Origin: an uncultured Methanocellaceae archaeon
GTDB taxonomy: Archaea > Halobacteriota > Methanocellia > Methanocellales > Methanocellaceae
Direction of reading: 5' to 3'
Length of the DNA: 64,000 bases
NCBI GenBank assembly: GCA_963769045.1
Contig: CAVYKK010000029.1
Coordinates: 24,211-88,210 of the forward strand
How positions within the stretch are numbered: the stretch's first letter is position 1; every line of letters starts with the position of its first letter. Made by a program: the position numbers and the translations under genes. This document shows, piece by piece, positions 10,701 to 19,320 of the stretch. Below the pieces are notes generated by a model. That model was not told the origin of the DNA. It saw only the letters and a program-made list of their open reading frames with translations, and searched no databases.

Positions 10701-13109
10701 GCGTTCCATGTCACAAAGGTAAGCCCGTCGGACGGTGCCAGTGATTGGCCTTCAGGCTGGGGAGAATACGTCTACAACCCGATCACGGTGACGTTCAACC
10801 GTTACCTGGAAAATATCGATAATGCCGACCTCACGGCGGGGAAAATCCGCCTGCTGGACGAGTCACTCACCCCGGTAGAGATCACCGCCTATGGCAGCGG
10901 CTCCAGTTTCCTGGACATCCGGCCCAAATGGAGCCTGAAGAACGCCACGGTCTACACAATCCGGATCAATGGCATCCAGGACGACAAGGGTAACGTAATG
11001 CCTGGAATCTTCGAATCGAAGTTCATCACCTGGGGCAACCCGGAAGTAGTGGCCACACTCCCCAAGGATAGAGCTACTGACGTCCCGGTGAACCAGCCCG
11101 TCTTCGTCTACTTCGACAAACCCCTGAACCCGGGGACCATCAATGGCATCTCGATCAAGGACAGTAACGGCAACAAGGTCTCGACGTCGGTCGGCTACAT
11201 CCCTGCCGGGTCTGGCAAGGGCGATGGCTCGGTCAGCAGCGTGATCATCGGACACAATGACTTCAGCTACTCGAATGACTACACGATCGAGGTTACCGGA
11301 GTGGCCGAAATGACCGGCAACATCATGAAGTACGTGGACAGGAAGACGTTCCGGACCACGGAGCGGCCATACATAGGCTCGGTAAGCCCCGCCGGTGGCG
11401 CCATCGACATACCGCGGGCGGTAACGATCATGGCCACGTTCAGCAAAGACATGGATCCGGCATCGCTCCAGAGCGGCTTCACCCTCAGGGATTACGGCGG
11501 CAACAGCGTGACGGGCACCGTCACCTACGACAGCGCCTCGCGGACCGCAACATTCAGGCCGACGAGCCCACTGGGATACCGTGCCTCATACAGCGCCCAC
11601 GTGACGGGCGCCCGGGACCTCGCCGGGAACGGCATCCCGTCCTACAGCTGGGGGTTCACGACAATCCATATGCCGGTCACTGTGGTGTCGGTCACGCCGC
11701 CGGACGGCACAACCGAACTGCCGGCGTCGACCCTGATCACGGCGACCTTCAGCGATGACATGGACGACTGGACCGTCATCGACGGGTTCTCAGTGAAAGA
11801 ATTCAACGGAAAGACCGTACAGGGCACAGTGTCCTACGACGCTGCGACCCGGAAGGCGACCTTCCGCCCCTCGGGCGAGCTGAACGCGTACGGTAATCTG
11901 TACCGCGTCACCTTGAGCGGCATGGTCGGCACCCACAGCGGCGTGATGCCCGACTACACCTGGAACTTCCGCACGCTCTGGCGCAAGCCGACAGTTGTAT
12001 CCACATCGCCTGCACAGGGGGCCTCCGGCGTACCGGTAAACAGTGCGATAACCGTGACGTTCAGCGAGAATATGGACCCCGGATCCGTACAGGCAGGCTT
12101 CACTCTCCGGGACAGCGCGATGAACAGTGTCACCGGTAGCGTGGTCACCAGCGGCAACACAGCGACGTTCACCCCGTCGGCCTCAATGGGCGAAGGCAAG
12201 CTCTACACAGTCTATCTCCATGGTTTGAGGGGCCTCCTGGAAAACGTAATGCCGGACTATGTCTTTGAGTTCACGGTAATCCGCAAGCTCGAGCCTATCC
12301 CGACGTCCGACCCCGATCCCACCATCCCGCCCTGGCTGCAGCCTACGCCTACCCCGTTCCAGACGACCCTGGGTGGTGTAGGCGTGACGGTTAGCGGCGA
12401 TCACATCACTGCACCGGCGGGCACAGACATTTCCCGGTTCCTCACCGATGGACATGTCACGATACCGGCCGGCAGTGGCAAACTGACAGTAGACATCGAC
12501 GTCGGTTCGCCGCCGAACAGGGGCACGATTACAGGCGTCCACGTCAGCGATCAGTCGGCGGGCACACTTAACAGCGGCCCGGCGACGGTAACGGCCAGTG
12601 CGGACATGAACGGGTTACCATCGGGCAGCGTGACGTTCAGCGCCACGATATCCGACCCTCCGGCTGACCTCAACGACTTCGACAGCTTCCTGTCTGGCAG
12701 CCGCAGGCACGTGCGTACGCCGCTGGCGATGATCAGCATAGAGAAGACCGGCTTCACAAACGCAGACCTGGTGAGCGGGACGGCGAAGATCACGCTGACG
12801 GTGAAGAAGCCTGCCGGCTTCAGCCGGACTAAGACCTATACGGTGATTCGCCAGAGCGACAGCGGCTACGAGGAGCTGACGGCGGCATACAAGAGCGAGA
12901 CCGCCGACACCGTCACGTTCGAGATCAGTTCACCGAACGGGTTCTCGGAATTCCTGCTGGCAGAGACGGCGGCGACAGCGACAGCCACGCCCGCACCCAC
13001 GACGACGAACCTGCCCGCACCGATCCCGGCACCGACATTCCTGCTGATCAGCCTGACGCTGGTCGCGGGAGCGTTATTTGCGGGGGTAAGAAAGAGGCGG
13101 AACGGGTAA
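4692..13109 (+). CDS. C-terminal segment of the giant surface protein: many Calx-beta and SbsA-like Ig domains, a second NosD/CASH beta-helix and a C-terminal membrane anchor
   Basis: Repeated 'RSGDVSGTSSC...TVTFxPGET' (Calx-beta) and 'VVSTSPxxG...TFS..MD..S...GF.LRDS' (Ig-like); 'LGNQWNNYPGSDANGDGIGDTPY' (NosD); PGF-pre-PGF-like 'SPNGFSEFLLA'; Thr/Pro linker, hydrophobic helix and RKRR tail. Confidence 0.88.
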   Translation: MPPARPRRPSNSSTDAEFPATVATQSYLTLSDVKGGTPGKQQRFNLTVPRTLISLVNGDVLPGQTGYIKVRRSGDVSGTSSCELNLGTGTTAESYRYISHMPLTVTFSPGETEKEVAVIDAVERETTSGDYYMPFIQVNASDAVGATVLSAPYNSGHLTLYDLDFGTHYRFVGSAITINEGSELLVTLQRQNCNLAYYDTCNVYIINQTTYPNDYQANVPGQFRFEPGQTELTIVVQVGPDGDSEGMEYIVLGILEEPSAQYKINIADTSAGSYLDIDGPAEGWEGETIPLRITKAMGYNVQSSCVLSVVGGNASSPEDYTMPSPAIVTFPAGTSHDDQSRMQFVNIALVHDDLAMGDRTIVFKLTDVVNGMAIGGPYTFTIRDTEICHIGFNATDIDAGEGDVIQLNLTREGGDLSQPSGCVLSFKDGTAVPADYTSSMPLPATITFAPGERSKLVNITLNADHATEGVEYARFGLSEFSNALPLDDEIQVMIRDNSEYPTHINFYYVEPPVYGTLLSVENGGRYMWEGETAHIRLVRTGDVSGTSSCLVSRVGGLANSNLYSAALPATVTFGPGETVKTIDIIVNSLPDYFTDPPETSSVILGLSSPVNTDLPHSQFTGSSVNATYFIVDTGVHPYIGFSGVNTTTGERSTVNLEIQLHYAGTNPYVNELFLSRYGGTADAADYTVSNPFKFAAGSRELTAPAYIVGDHVAEGDEYLILKLAADDFRTTYDNVYRIDIKDTSSDGTMPAVNGVTPADNFADVDPSAPAISATFNKYMDQATVRGGFILRDSMNRRVAGTVTYSDSTRTAVFTPDQTLASGASYTAYLTGIRDLDDNILATYTWKFTTVHAPVTPVMPAVVSTSPASGDSDAPRAADVTVTFNKAIVAASLRLSDSQGLSVYGAMTVTDKVLTFTPDVALAAEEEYHATVDGVIDTEGYHMEGDYQFTFTTGGLPAVAFTAPGATANEGTTPHVMLYRSGDTSIESSVLVTDIGGTAVRGKNYTFVPVRITFEADQAYAGFDVGLPANSVTELTDTYVNFSLSSAVNATPGDQVKFNLTIHDATVPTIVSTSPTDGATGCIAGIVPVITFSKPVTNVTFQLKDSFNSVIAGTANVSGTTFTYVPVEPLKYGTSYTATVYDATDSGGRHLTAVYTFAFSTGTSPTLIITLDHDSVNEGSQCQITVLRAGDLSGVSTCLLDSNDMMYDYLYNDFTSTPTIPATLTFTAGEAQKVINISITADNMTEGTEEGAFRLRSATGARIGTPDHVTLTIYDTSTEPSLIGFANDGATAFAGKGSGITLSRSGSIDKPATAVLQITGGNAVEGRDYTINSLVVNFSSYQSKAGPSLYVTSNVTGLDKYVNFTIVNVTGGDFGRQTRFNLTLAGTSYIPSVQFKAASVQMDEGNYTTVNLVRTGLSSVDSAVIVYASGTADSKDYAYPAFPLDVTLYKGQYNSNYSFQIYLNPDYRTEGPETLVLFIVAQSNAIIGPVSTFTIYINDTTTNYTRPIRNLHSGITYTNLSLAVSAAQKGDTVEIDSGVYLVESLDINGIFLVGRDTGRGRPLIITSEESSLKDGGIDGVDLDYPDGSTVYADSVLHVDGSSASIKNSNINSSTTCIYHFVVLEEDDLHLTIENCTLNSGGRSSINYDTSGTMTGSTTIRNCTISGAGVRLSWAHNVTIDRCVLSGANLTLSGTDGNTIRDSRITGGEIQLLSTYTTVISNVTVLRSPYSGLLVDGGWDLTATGLAVYDSATGIRLVDIYHNATIADSLIARADGDGLQLENSEQLTLINTSVIDCATGVRLLAGSGNNTFYLNRFASAVNALQVNTSNKWNTYGPMTYQYSGRTYTGNLGNQWNNYPGSDANGDGIGDTPYLSGTIRDSYPMVSQSAISFEDNGPAIISVSWGFDGQNDFRVSDSIRVDLDRDIVGSALQGVSVKDSGNRQVACDISYRKYFYGDQWDYYLYFEPQSDLAYGQTYTLTISGLVDLLGSRMATPYIVSFTTETNAFHVTKVSPSDGASDWPSGWGEYVYNPITVTFNRYLENIDNADLTAGKIRLLDESLTPVEITAYGSGSSFLDIRPKWSLKNATVYTIRINGIQDDKGNVMPGIFESKFITWGNPEVVATLPKDRATDVPVNQPVFVYFDKPLNPGTINGISIKDSNGNKVSTSVGYIPAGSGKGDGSVSSVIIGHNDFSYSNDYTIEVTGVAEMTGNIMKYVDRKTFRTTERPYIGSVSPAGGAIDIPRAVTIMATFSKDMDPASLQSGFTLRDYGGNSVTGTVTYDSASRTATFRPTSPLGYRASYSAHVTGARDLAGNGIPSYSWGFTTIHMPVTVVSVTPPDGTTELPASTLITATFSDDMDDWTVIDGFSVKEFNGKTVQGTVSYDAATRKATFRPSGELNAYGNLYRVTLSGMVGTHSGVMPDYTWNFRTLWRKPTVVSTSPAQGASGVPVNSAITVTFSENMDPGSVQAGFTLRDSAMNSVTGSVVTSGNTATFTPSASMGEGKLYTVYLHGLRGLLENVMPDYVFEFTVIRKLEPIPTSDPDPTIPPWLQPTPTPFQTTLGGVGVTVSGDHITAPAGTDISRFLTDGHVTIPAGSGKLTVDIDVGSPPNRGTITGVHVSDQSAGTLNSGPATVTASADMNGLPSGSVTFSATISDPPADLNDFDSFLSGSRRHVRTPLAMISIEKTGFTNADLVSGTAKITLTVKKPAGFSRTKTYTVIRQSDSGYEELTAAYKSETADTVTFEISSPNGFSEFLLAETAATATATPAPTTTNLPAPIPAPTFLLISLTLVAGALFAGVRKRRNG

Positions 13110-13132
13110 CTCCCCGTTCCTTTTTCTTTTTT
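13099..13132 (+). terminator. Hairpin plus oligo-T terminator after the giant surface gene
   Basis: GGAACGGG-taactc-CCCGTTCC is followed by TTTTTCTTTTTT. Confidence 0.55.
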
Positions 13133-13251
13133 AAAAGATCAGTATCAGATGCGAGTGTTGGTCTGGTGTTGGTGTAGGCAACTGTGTTGGTATAAGCGTT
13201 GGCATACTGTTGGTGTAGTGTTGGTGTCTGTACCAGAGCATGCCGTTCAGG

Positions 13252-14049
13252 TTATAGCCTGTTACCCAGTGCCAGGACTACCAGCGCGGTCTGGCTGGCA
13301 TCGCTCGCTATGCCCGATTCTTTACCGAAGCCGCCGTCCGGGTTCTGCGCTGACTTTAGCCATTCCATACACTGTTGCCGCATCGGGCTTTCGCCGATGG
13401 CACCCAGCGTTCCGGCCAGGTACGCGACATCAGCGATCCGTCCGTCCTTGATAGCTTTACTGACGTGCGTTTCCGCAAATGCCATGAAACCCGTCGCCAG
13501 GTCTTCCGGTAATTGGTCTATGCGGTGCAGATTGAGTACCGGAGCATATACATGGGAGACTGGCTCGTCAAAGAAGCCAGGTACCTCGACCTTTTCCAGC
13601 ACGTGCTCCACGCCCCTGCGGTACTTCGAAAGGCCGGACAAATAATAAGTATGCAGTGCCCGGAGACAGAGCGATGTGGTGTACGCGTTTTTCTTCGCGT
13701 TGCGGCCGCTCCAGGAGCCATCCGCGGCCTGGTGCTCCAGCAGCCACATCAGGCCCCGGCTGACGGGCAGACTGGCTTTGGAATAGTGGAACCGGTTCAG
13801 GACGATCAGCGTGTAAGCGGTGCATGCTGCATCAGTGTACATGCCGGACTTAGCCGGAAAACGCCCGTCCTCCGCCTGCTGCTTTTCCAGATAGCTTACG
13901 CCGGCGCTCTTCGCCTGTTCCTGGCCCTCGCATGTCTGCAGGGCAGCGCACGCGCGCGCACAGACGAACGGGTCGCCGTCAGCCCAGGAGCCGTCCTTGT
14001 GCTGCGATTTAGCGAGATAGCGGGCAGCACGCATCATAGTGTCGTTCAT
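13252..14049 (-). CDS. Prenyltransferase/squalene-cyclase (QW) repeat-containing protein
   Basis: Four repeats: 'YLAKSQHKDGSW', 'YLEKQQAEDGRF', 'WLLEHQAADGSW', 'WLKSAQNPDGGF'. Overlaps the upstream hydrolase gene by 4 nt (ATGA). Confidence 0.8.
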   Translation of the reverse strand: MNDTMMRAARYLAKSQHKDGSWADGDPFVCARACAALQTCEGQEQAKSAGVSYLEKQQAEDGRFPAKSGMYTDAACTAYTLIVLNRFHYSKASLPVSRGLMWLLEHQAADGSWSGRNAKKNAYTTSLCLRALHTYYLSGLSKYRRGVEHVLEKVEVPGFFDEPVSHVYAPVLNLHRIDQLPEDLATGFMAFAETHVSKAIKDGRIADVAYLAGTLGAIGESPMRQQCMEWLKSAQNPDGGFGKESGIASDASQTALVVLALGNRL

Positions 14050-15002
14050 CGGCCGAAAACTCCCTTCAGCTCATCGTGCAGGTCCGGTGCGTATGTGCTA
14101 TTGTAGACTCCGTGCACTTCGCCATTGTACTCGTGCCACGCTTTTGGCTGCGATGCGGCATCGAACAGTTGCCTGCCACTGGCCACCGGTATGATCGTGT
14201 CATTTGTAAAGTGGAACATGACCAGCTTCCGCGGCGGCAACTTCGACAGGTATCCTGCCGGCTCGATCGACTTTATGAACTTTGCCAGGGTTACATCGCT
14301 TCCCTGCACGCCATACGGACCGCCGCTGATCGTGAAAGCTGCCTTTAGCCCGGGCTCCAGCGCTGTGGCGACGATGGCGAACCGGCCGCCCATGCTCTCG
14401 CCGAGCACCGCAACGTTGCCAGTATCGAGGTCATTCCGCGATCGGATGTAATCATAGGCCAATAGCACGTCGTAGACTTGCTCATACTGTACCGGATCGC
14501 CGCCATTGGCAAAAGCCGCATATCCGCTGTTCAGGTCGTTTGCCCACGGCCCGGGCGTCTCGCCGTTGTTACCACGCTCGTCCAGCGTCAGTGTCGCGTA
14601 GCCCCAGGAAGCCAGCGCTTTGGCCATGCCGGCGTCGGCTTCCTTATTGACGGTAGCCCCGGGCAAAACGATCACTACAGGAGGCTTCGTGACGTTTGCG
14701 GGTATCCGCAGGAGCGCATACACATTGCCACCGAAGCTCTTGTAGGCGATCTTTTCCAGCGTCCAGTTCTGCGTCGTTTCTACAGACGCAGAAGTCGCTA
14801 TGACTGCCGGACGGGCGTCGAACGCCAGCAAGCCGGAACTGTCCAGGTGCCAGTTACTGCCACCGCCGTTACCGCTGAAAAAAAAGAGATAGGCGATAAC
14901 CAGCACGATCGCCAGCGTTCCCAGCGCGATGGCGAAGGTCAACAGCTTGTTCCGGTTCTTGCGCTTTTGCGCCTCTGCTTCACGAGCCTGCTTCTTTGAC
15001 AC
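14046..15002 (-). CDS. Membrane-anchored alpha/beta hydrolase (esterase/peptidase)
   Basis: GESMG nucleophile elbow, Asp in 'NDTIIP', His in 'GEVHG'; basic N-terminus plus TM helix. GTG start at 15002 preferred over 15077. Confidence 0.8.
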   Translation of the reverse strand: MSKKQAREAEAQKRKNRNKLLTFAIALGTLAIVLVIAYLFFFSGNGGGSNWHLDSSGLLAFDARPAVIATSASVETTQNWTLEKIAYKSFGGNVYALLRIPANVTKPPVVIVLPGATVNKEADAGMAKALASWGYATLTLDERGNNGETPGPWANDLNSGYAAFANGGDPVQYEQVYDVLLAYDYIRSRNDLDTGNVAVLGESMGGRFAIVATALEPGLKAAFTISGGPYGVQGSDVTLAKFIKSIEPAGYLSKLPPRKLVMFHFTNDTIIPVASGRQLFDAASQPKAWHEYNGEVHGVYNSTYAPDLHDELKGVFGR

Positions 15003-15135
15003 GTCCTGTAGATTGGCGCAATGTGAAATAAGGATTATGATAGAAGGTAGAAATGAACAGCGTCTCCCGGGCTGCATGGCGCTCGCGCGCGCGAAAAATG
15101 GCGGGACAGGCTATCCCTCGACCCAGGGTATCCTG

Positions 15136-16282
15136 TCACTTCTCGATTATAGTCTCCTCGATCTTCATGCCGAAGTGCCGGCCGGTGTCTTCCAGCCGGG
15201 CGAGGACTTTGTCGCCGGGCTTGAGCTTTGTTACCGCGATGGAGCTGCCGTCGGCGGCGACCAGCTTGATCGTCTCCGCGTTCTGCAGGATGGCGGTGAT
15301 CTTCCGGCCATCGGCCTCAGCCTCGATATATAACAAAGGCCTTCGCTCGATCTTGACCCTTCCGATGGTCGCCTTCCGGGCATCTCCGGCCTTATTGACG
15401 ACCAGCGCGTTGTCGCCGCTGGCCAGCTCGGACAGGTAGCGCGTCTTCTCTCCTACGAGGACATACTCATGCACGGCCCCGGCGTTCACCCGGAACGGCC
15501 TGCTTGCGACATACGGGCTCTCCTCGGCCTCGGACTGTATCAGGAACAGCCCGCCGGACTGGTTGCCGATCAGCATACCCTCGCCAGGCGTCATGAGCGA
15601 ACAGGTGTCTATGCAGACCCGGTCGCCGGTGCCCGCATCTTTTACAGCCGTAATTGTGACAGGTGTCAGAGGGACTTCCGCCTGCTTCGCGGTGATGCCC
15701 CGGGTGATCTCTCTAATCTTTATGGGATCGCCCACGTCGATCAGCACGCCATCGGCGCCCTTCTCCAGTGTCTGAAGCGCGACGGATGCCTCGTCGATGT
15801 CACGGGCCTTGGCGAAGATCTTCGCACCTTTCCCGCCAAGCTCTGCGATGAGATTTTCCAGAGGGATCACTTTCCAGTCCTTACCTTCGATGATCAGGTA
15901 ATCGCAGATACTGCCCATCCTGGCGGCGAGCTTCTCGTACTCTTTACCTTCCAGCCTGACGAACCCCGCGACGACGGCGCCTTCCGCCTTGAGCTTCTTC
16001 GCACGGGCAATGTCCCCCGAATCCTCGAGCTTCTTCAGGCAGGGAGAGCGTGCCGTCGCCTTCGGAGCGGATGCCTACCACGACGATATCGGGATGCCCG
16101 CCTGCAGAGGCTACAGTAATTCTGCCCAGCTCGCGGGCCCTGTCAATGTTCTCCGGCGCCACCAGCACGGCATTCGCGCAAGACTCCAGTGCGGCGGTGA
16201 CTTTTTCCTTTGCCTCGCCCCACGTGCGCTCGTCGGCGTCTACCCAGACCAGCTTGTTGCACAATCCTGGATTGTCACTCAT
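15136..16282 (-). CDS. aroB': 3-dehydroquinate synthase II (archaeal aroB', MJ1249 family), one +1 frameshift near 16035
   Basis: 'DWKVIPLENLIA', 'GDRVCIDTCS', 'RPFRVNAGAVH', 'ILQNAETI'. ORFs 15944-16282 and 15136-15918 join after removing one base. Adjacent to aroA'. Confidence 0.88.
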
Positions 16283-16311
16283 TTCAGCTCACCGAGAGCA
16301 CACGCTCTCAT

Positions 16312-17106
16312 CTATTTCAACTCATTGAGAGCGTCGGCGGACGGCCAGCCTTCGTGGACAATCCTGGCGATGGCTCTCGTGATCTTTGTTGGGGATTCAT
16401 GCTGAAAAACGTTTCTGCCTATGGCGACTCCTTTTGCCCCGGCACCCATTGCCCCCTCGACCGTCTCCAGGACGTCCAGGTCGGACTTCATCTTCGGGCC
16501 GCCGGCGATGATCACCGGTACAGGACAGCCACGGACTACGGTCTTGAACGAGTCGGGGTCCCCCGTGTAGTTAGTCTTGATCACGTCTGCGCCCAGTTCG
16601 GCCCCGGCACGGGCGGCCAGCGCCACTACTTCGGGATCATGAGGGTTCTTGATCGCTTTGCCGCGGGGGTACATCATGGCAAGCAGCGGCATACCCCACT
16701 CGGCACAGCTCCGCGCGGTCTGGCTCAGGGCCTGGAGCTGGTCGCTCTCAGTCTCGCTGCCGATATTGATGTGTACCGAAACGGCGTCCGCTCCCATCTT
16801 CAGCGCTTCTTCTACGCTGCAGACCATGACCTTGTTGTTCGGGTCCGGGCCCAGCCGGGTGGATGCGCTCATATGCACGATGAGACCGATGTCCCGGCCG
16901 TAGCCCCGGTGACCGTAGGGGACCATGCCCTTCTGCTGGAGGACTGCGTTCGCTCCGCCTTCCGAGACTTTCTCGATCGTGTCGGCCAGCCCGACGATGC
17001 CCTTGATGGGGCCTTCCGATATCCCGTGATCCAGCGGGATGATCAGGCTGTTACCGCTTTTCCGGTCCTTTATGCGTTCCATCCGGATTTGCTTGCCAAT
17101 TGTCAT
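16312..17106 (-). CDS. aroA': 2-amino-3,7-dideoxy-D-threo-hept-6-ulosonate (ADH) synthase, class I aldolase (MJ0400 family)
   Basis: 'PLDHG', '[10 protein letters not shown]', '[12 protein letters not shown]', 'AGGPK', 'GRNVFQH'; co-oriented with DHQ synthase II. ATG at 17106 chosen. Confidence 0.88.
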   Translation of the reverse strand: MTIGKQIRMERIKDRKSGNSLIIPLDHGISEGPIKGIVGLADTIEKVSEGGANAVLQQKGMVPYGHRGYGRDIGLIVHMSASTRLGPDPNNKVMVCSVEEALKMGADAVSVHINIGSETESDQLQALSQTARSCAEWGMPLLAMMYPRGKAIKNPHDPEVVALAARAGAELGADVIKTNYTGDPDSFKTVVRGCPVPVIIAGGPKMKSDLDVLETVEGAMGAGAKGVAIGRNVFQHESPTKITRAIARIVHEGWPSADALNELK

Positions 17107-17241
17107 CACAGATATCACCATGCTACTGTGTGCCATAGTAGCACACAATCCATAATAAATGTATCGGTCCGGTTCAGTTAATACATCAGGATGAGAAAAA
17201 AACAGAAATATATCGATCAATTTTCCATAAATACCGTTCTG

Positions 17242-18183
17242 ATCGTGGTGCAACGCCCTTGCTTGCTTCGTGTGAAAAGACATACGAGCCAATAGCTAAT
17301 GCTCCCAATTCTGATCGCGGTGTGACGCCCGTGCTTGCTTCTTGTTAATAATACATACGGGTCACTAGCAAATACTTCCCATAATAATCGCGGTGCGACG
17401 CCCGTGCTTGCTTCGCCGCACGTGCTACTACGGGTTTTTACGGTGTTACGGTGTCGGGCGACGGGCTCGCACCTTCGTCGGCACAACGCGCCTTCGGCGG
17501 CGTTGAGCCTCCTTTGCAAGCCCTGAAAAACGCGCCTTCGGCAACGTTTTTCACACCCGCCACCTCCACACCCCTCGCACAGCTATCGCGTGCGAAGGGG
17601 CAAGCCGAAAAAACCCTCCGCCTTCCGCGGAGAAGCTCTGGCTACCCATACCAATACTAGAATAGGCAACGATCCTATACAGTACCTGATACACGTAGCC
17701 TATGCTGCTCCGCGGTCGACGGAGGGTTTTTTCGGCCGAAGGCCCCTCGCACGCGAAGCTGTGCGAGGGGTGCGGAGGCGGCCGGGTAATGAACGCTGCC
17801 GGTAGGCGCGTTGCTTAGCGCTTGCGAAGGGACTCGACCTGGCGCAGCCGAAGGCGCAGCCGGGCCGTGTCTCCGGGGTGCGAGCGCGGCCCGGACGGCG
17901 CAGCACCGGAAAAACCCGGAGTAGCCCATGCAGCATCAGCGCGCATGGGCGTCGCACCGCGATTAATAATGGACAGACCAAATTCTGATCAATTAGTTAC
18001 TGCTCTACTGGTATCAGATATTGTAAGAACGCGGCCCGGACGGCGTAGCACCGGAAAAACCCGGAGTAGCCCATGCGACGAAGTAAGCATGGGCGTCGCA
18101 CCGCGATGATTTGATGCTGGCATAGAGATTGATGATCGCTGAGTATATGTTATTGCACGAACGCATGGGCGTCGCACCGCGAT
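17242..18183. repeat. Non-coding foldback element, copy A (spaced-repeat arms plus GC-rich hairpin core)
   Basis: ATCGCGGTGCGACGCCCGTGCTTGCTTC-type repeats at 17242, 17314 and 17387; inverted GCATGGGCGTCGCACCGCGAT at 17943, 18087 and 18163. The core matches the reverse complement of 28903-29395. Confidence 0.9.
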
Positions 18184-18414
18184 TGATATTAGACAGACTA
18201 TATTCTGCTCAATTAATCTATGATACTGTCAGAAATAACCGGTTTTTGATTCTCAGCTTACTGAGAAAAAGTTCAGGTGAAGCACAACGTCTTATATATA
18301 AACGCTATAAATGTGGTTTTTCTCAATATTTAAAACACATAGCATTATTTTCTATATGACTTACCAAAACATGTGCTGCCAAAATATAAAACGGTGGAAT
18401 ATATATGTCGTATT

Positions 18415-18933
18415 ATGTCCGTGGCAATACCAAACTTCTTTCAAAATCCCACGAAAGCTAGTTTGAATTACTTCGTGCTCATGCTGCTGAGGAGCAATCC
18501 GAAGCACGGGTATATGCTCATGCAGGACATCGAAAGGCACACCGGCGGCCACTGGAAGCCGTCCCACTCGGCCATATACAAACTACTAAACGGCCTGGAG
18601 GCCGACGGTTACATTTCGTCGTGGGAAGAAAAAGATGGAGAGAGGGCACGAAGAGTATACAAAATCTCTGAAACTGGCATAAAACTGCTCGAGGAGAGCG
18701 AACGGGACTTCGAGTCGTTCATCAACGCCTTTATTTCCTCCCTGCTGGAAGCAGAACGGGTAAATCCCGACCACCTGACCGTTCTGCTGACAAAAAAAGG
18801 CAAGGCGATGCTGAACGGACTCGACCCCGGCCAACGCATGAAGGCTTACCAGAAGCTGAAAGCCTTCCTGGATACCGAGAGCGCCAGGGTCAACAAGGAG
18901 CTGGAAGAGCTCTTAAAAGTCTTGAGCGTGTAA
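18415..18933 (+). CDS. PadR family transcriptional regulator
   Basis: 'PKHGYMLMQDI...PSHSAIYKLLNGLEADGYI...RRVYKISETG'. Confidence 0.9.
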   Translation: MSVAIPNFFQNPTKASLNYFVLMLLRSNPKHGYMLMQDIERHTGGHWKPSHSAIYKLLNGLEADGYISSWEEKDGERARRVYKISETGIKLLEESERDFESFINAFISSLLEAERVNPDHLTVLLTKKGKAMLNGLDPGQRMKAYQKLKAFLDTESARVNKELEELLKVLSV

Positions 18934-19036
18934 AAAGGGCAGAACAAGTCGTTGCTTGCATACGGACCGGGCACGCGCGCGAAGCCGCTTGCGGCAGACT
19001 ATTTTCGTATTGTTATTAATTTTACTTATTATACGC

Positions 19037-19293
19037 TGATAAGGTATCTGACACAGAGTTCACAGGGTATAGTCATTGGTGAAATGTTTTGAACGCTGAG
19101 CCGGCACCAAACGCAACGTACGCAACGGCCGCGACGTACGCTACGTTTTATCAGGTAATGGCAAGCGTATCCGGATTATCAGACGTTGCGTACGTCGCGG
19201 CCGTAGCGTACGTCGCGTTAAATGCCGTCTCACATGTACAAAAAGTTACAGGAATGACTAAACTCTGTGAACTCTGTGTCAGATGCCTTATCA
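19037..19293. repeat. Nested inverted repeats (MITE-like)
   Basis: 41-bp outer IR at 19037-19077/19253-19293 (3 mismatches) encloses a 37-bp inner IR at 19110-19146/19183-19219 built of 9-bp units. Confidence 0.85.
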
Positions 19294-19320
19294 ATATATA
19301 CAGTAAGGCGACTATTGTCA

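Noticed and set aside
15136-16282. aroB' as a true pseudogene or as two genes
   Set aside because: A single-base indel restores a full-length biosynthetic enzyme with intact motifs next to an intact aroA'.
17242-17414. Calling the spaced 28-bp repeats a CRISPR array
   Set aside because: There are only three units per arm, in inverted arms of a larger element, with no cas genes in the window. Spacers are positionally homologous between the two copies rather than independently acquired.
17217-18359. Short ORFs within the foldback elements (also 28635-29677)
   Set aside because: They are Arg/Ala/Pro-rich translations of GC-rich repeats, occur in several frames on both strands, and their starts and stops are not conserved between copies.
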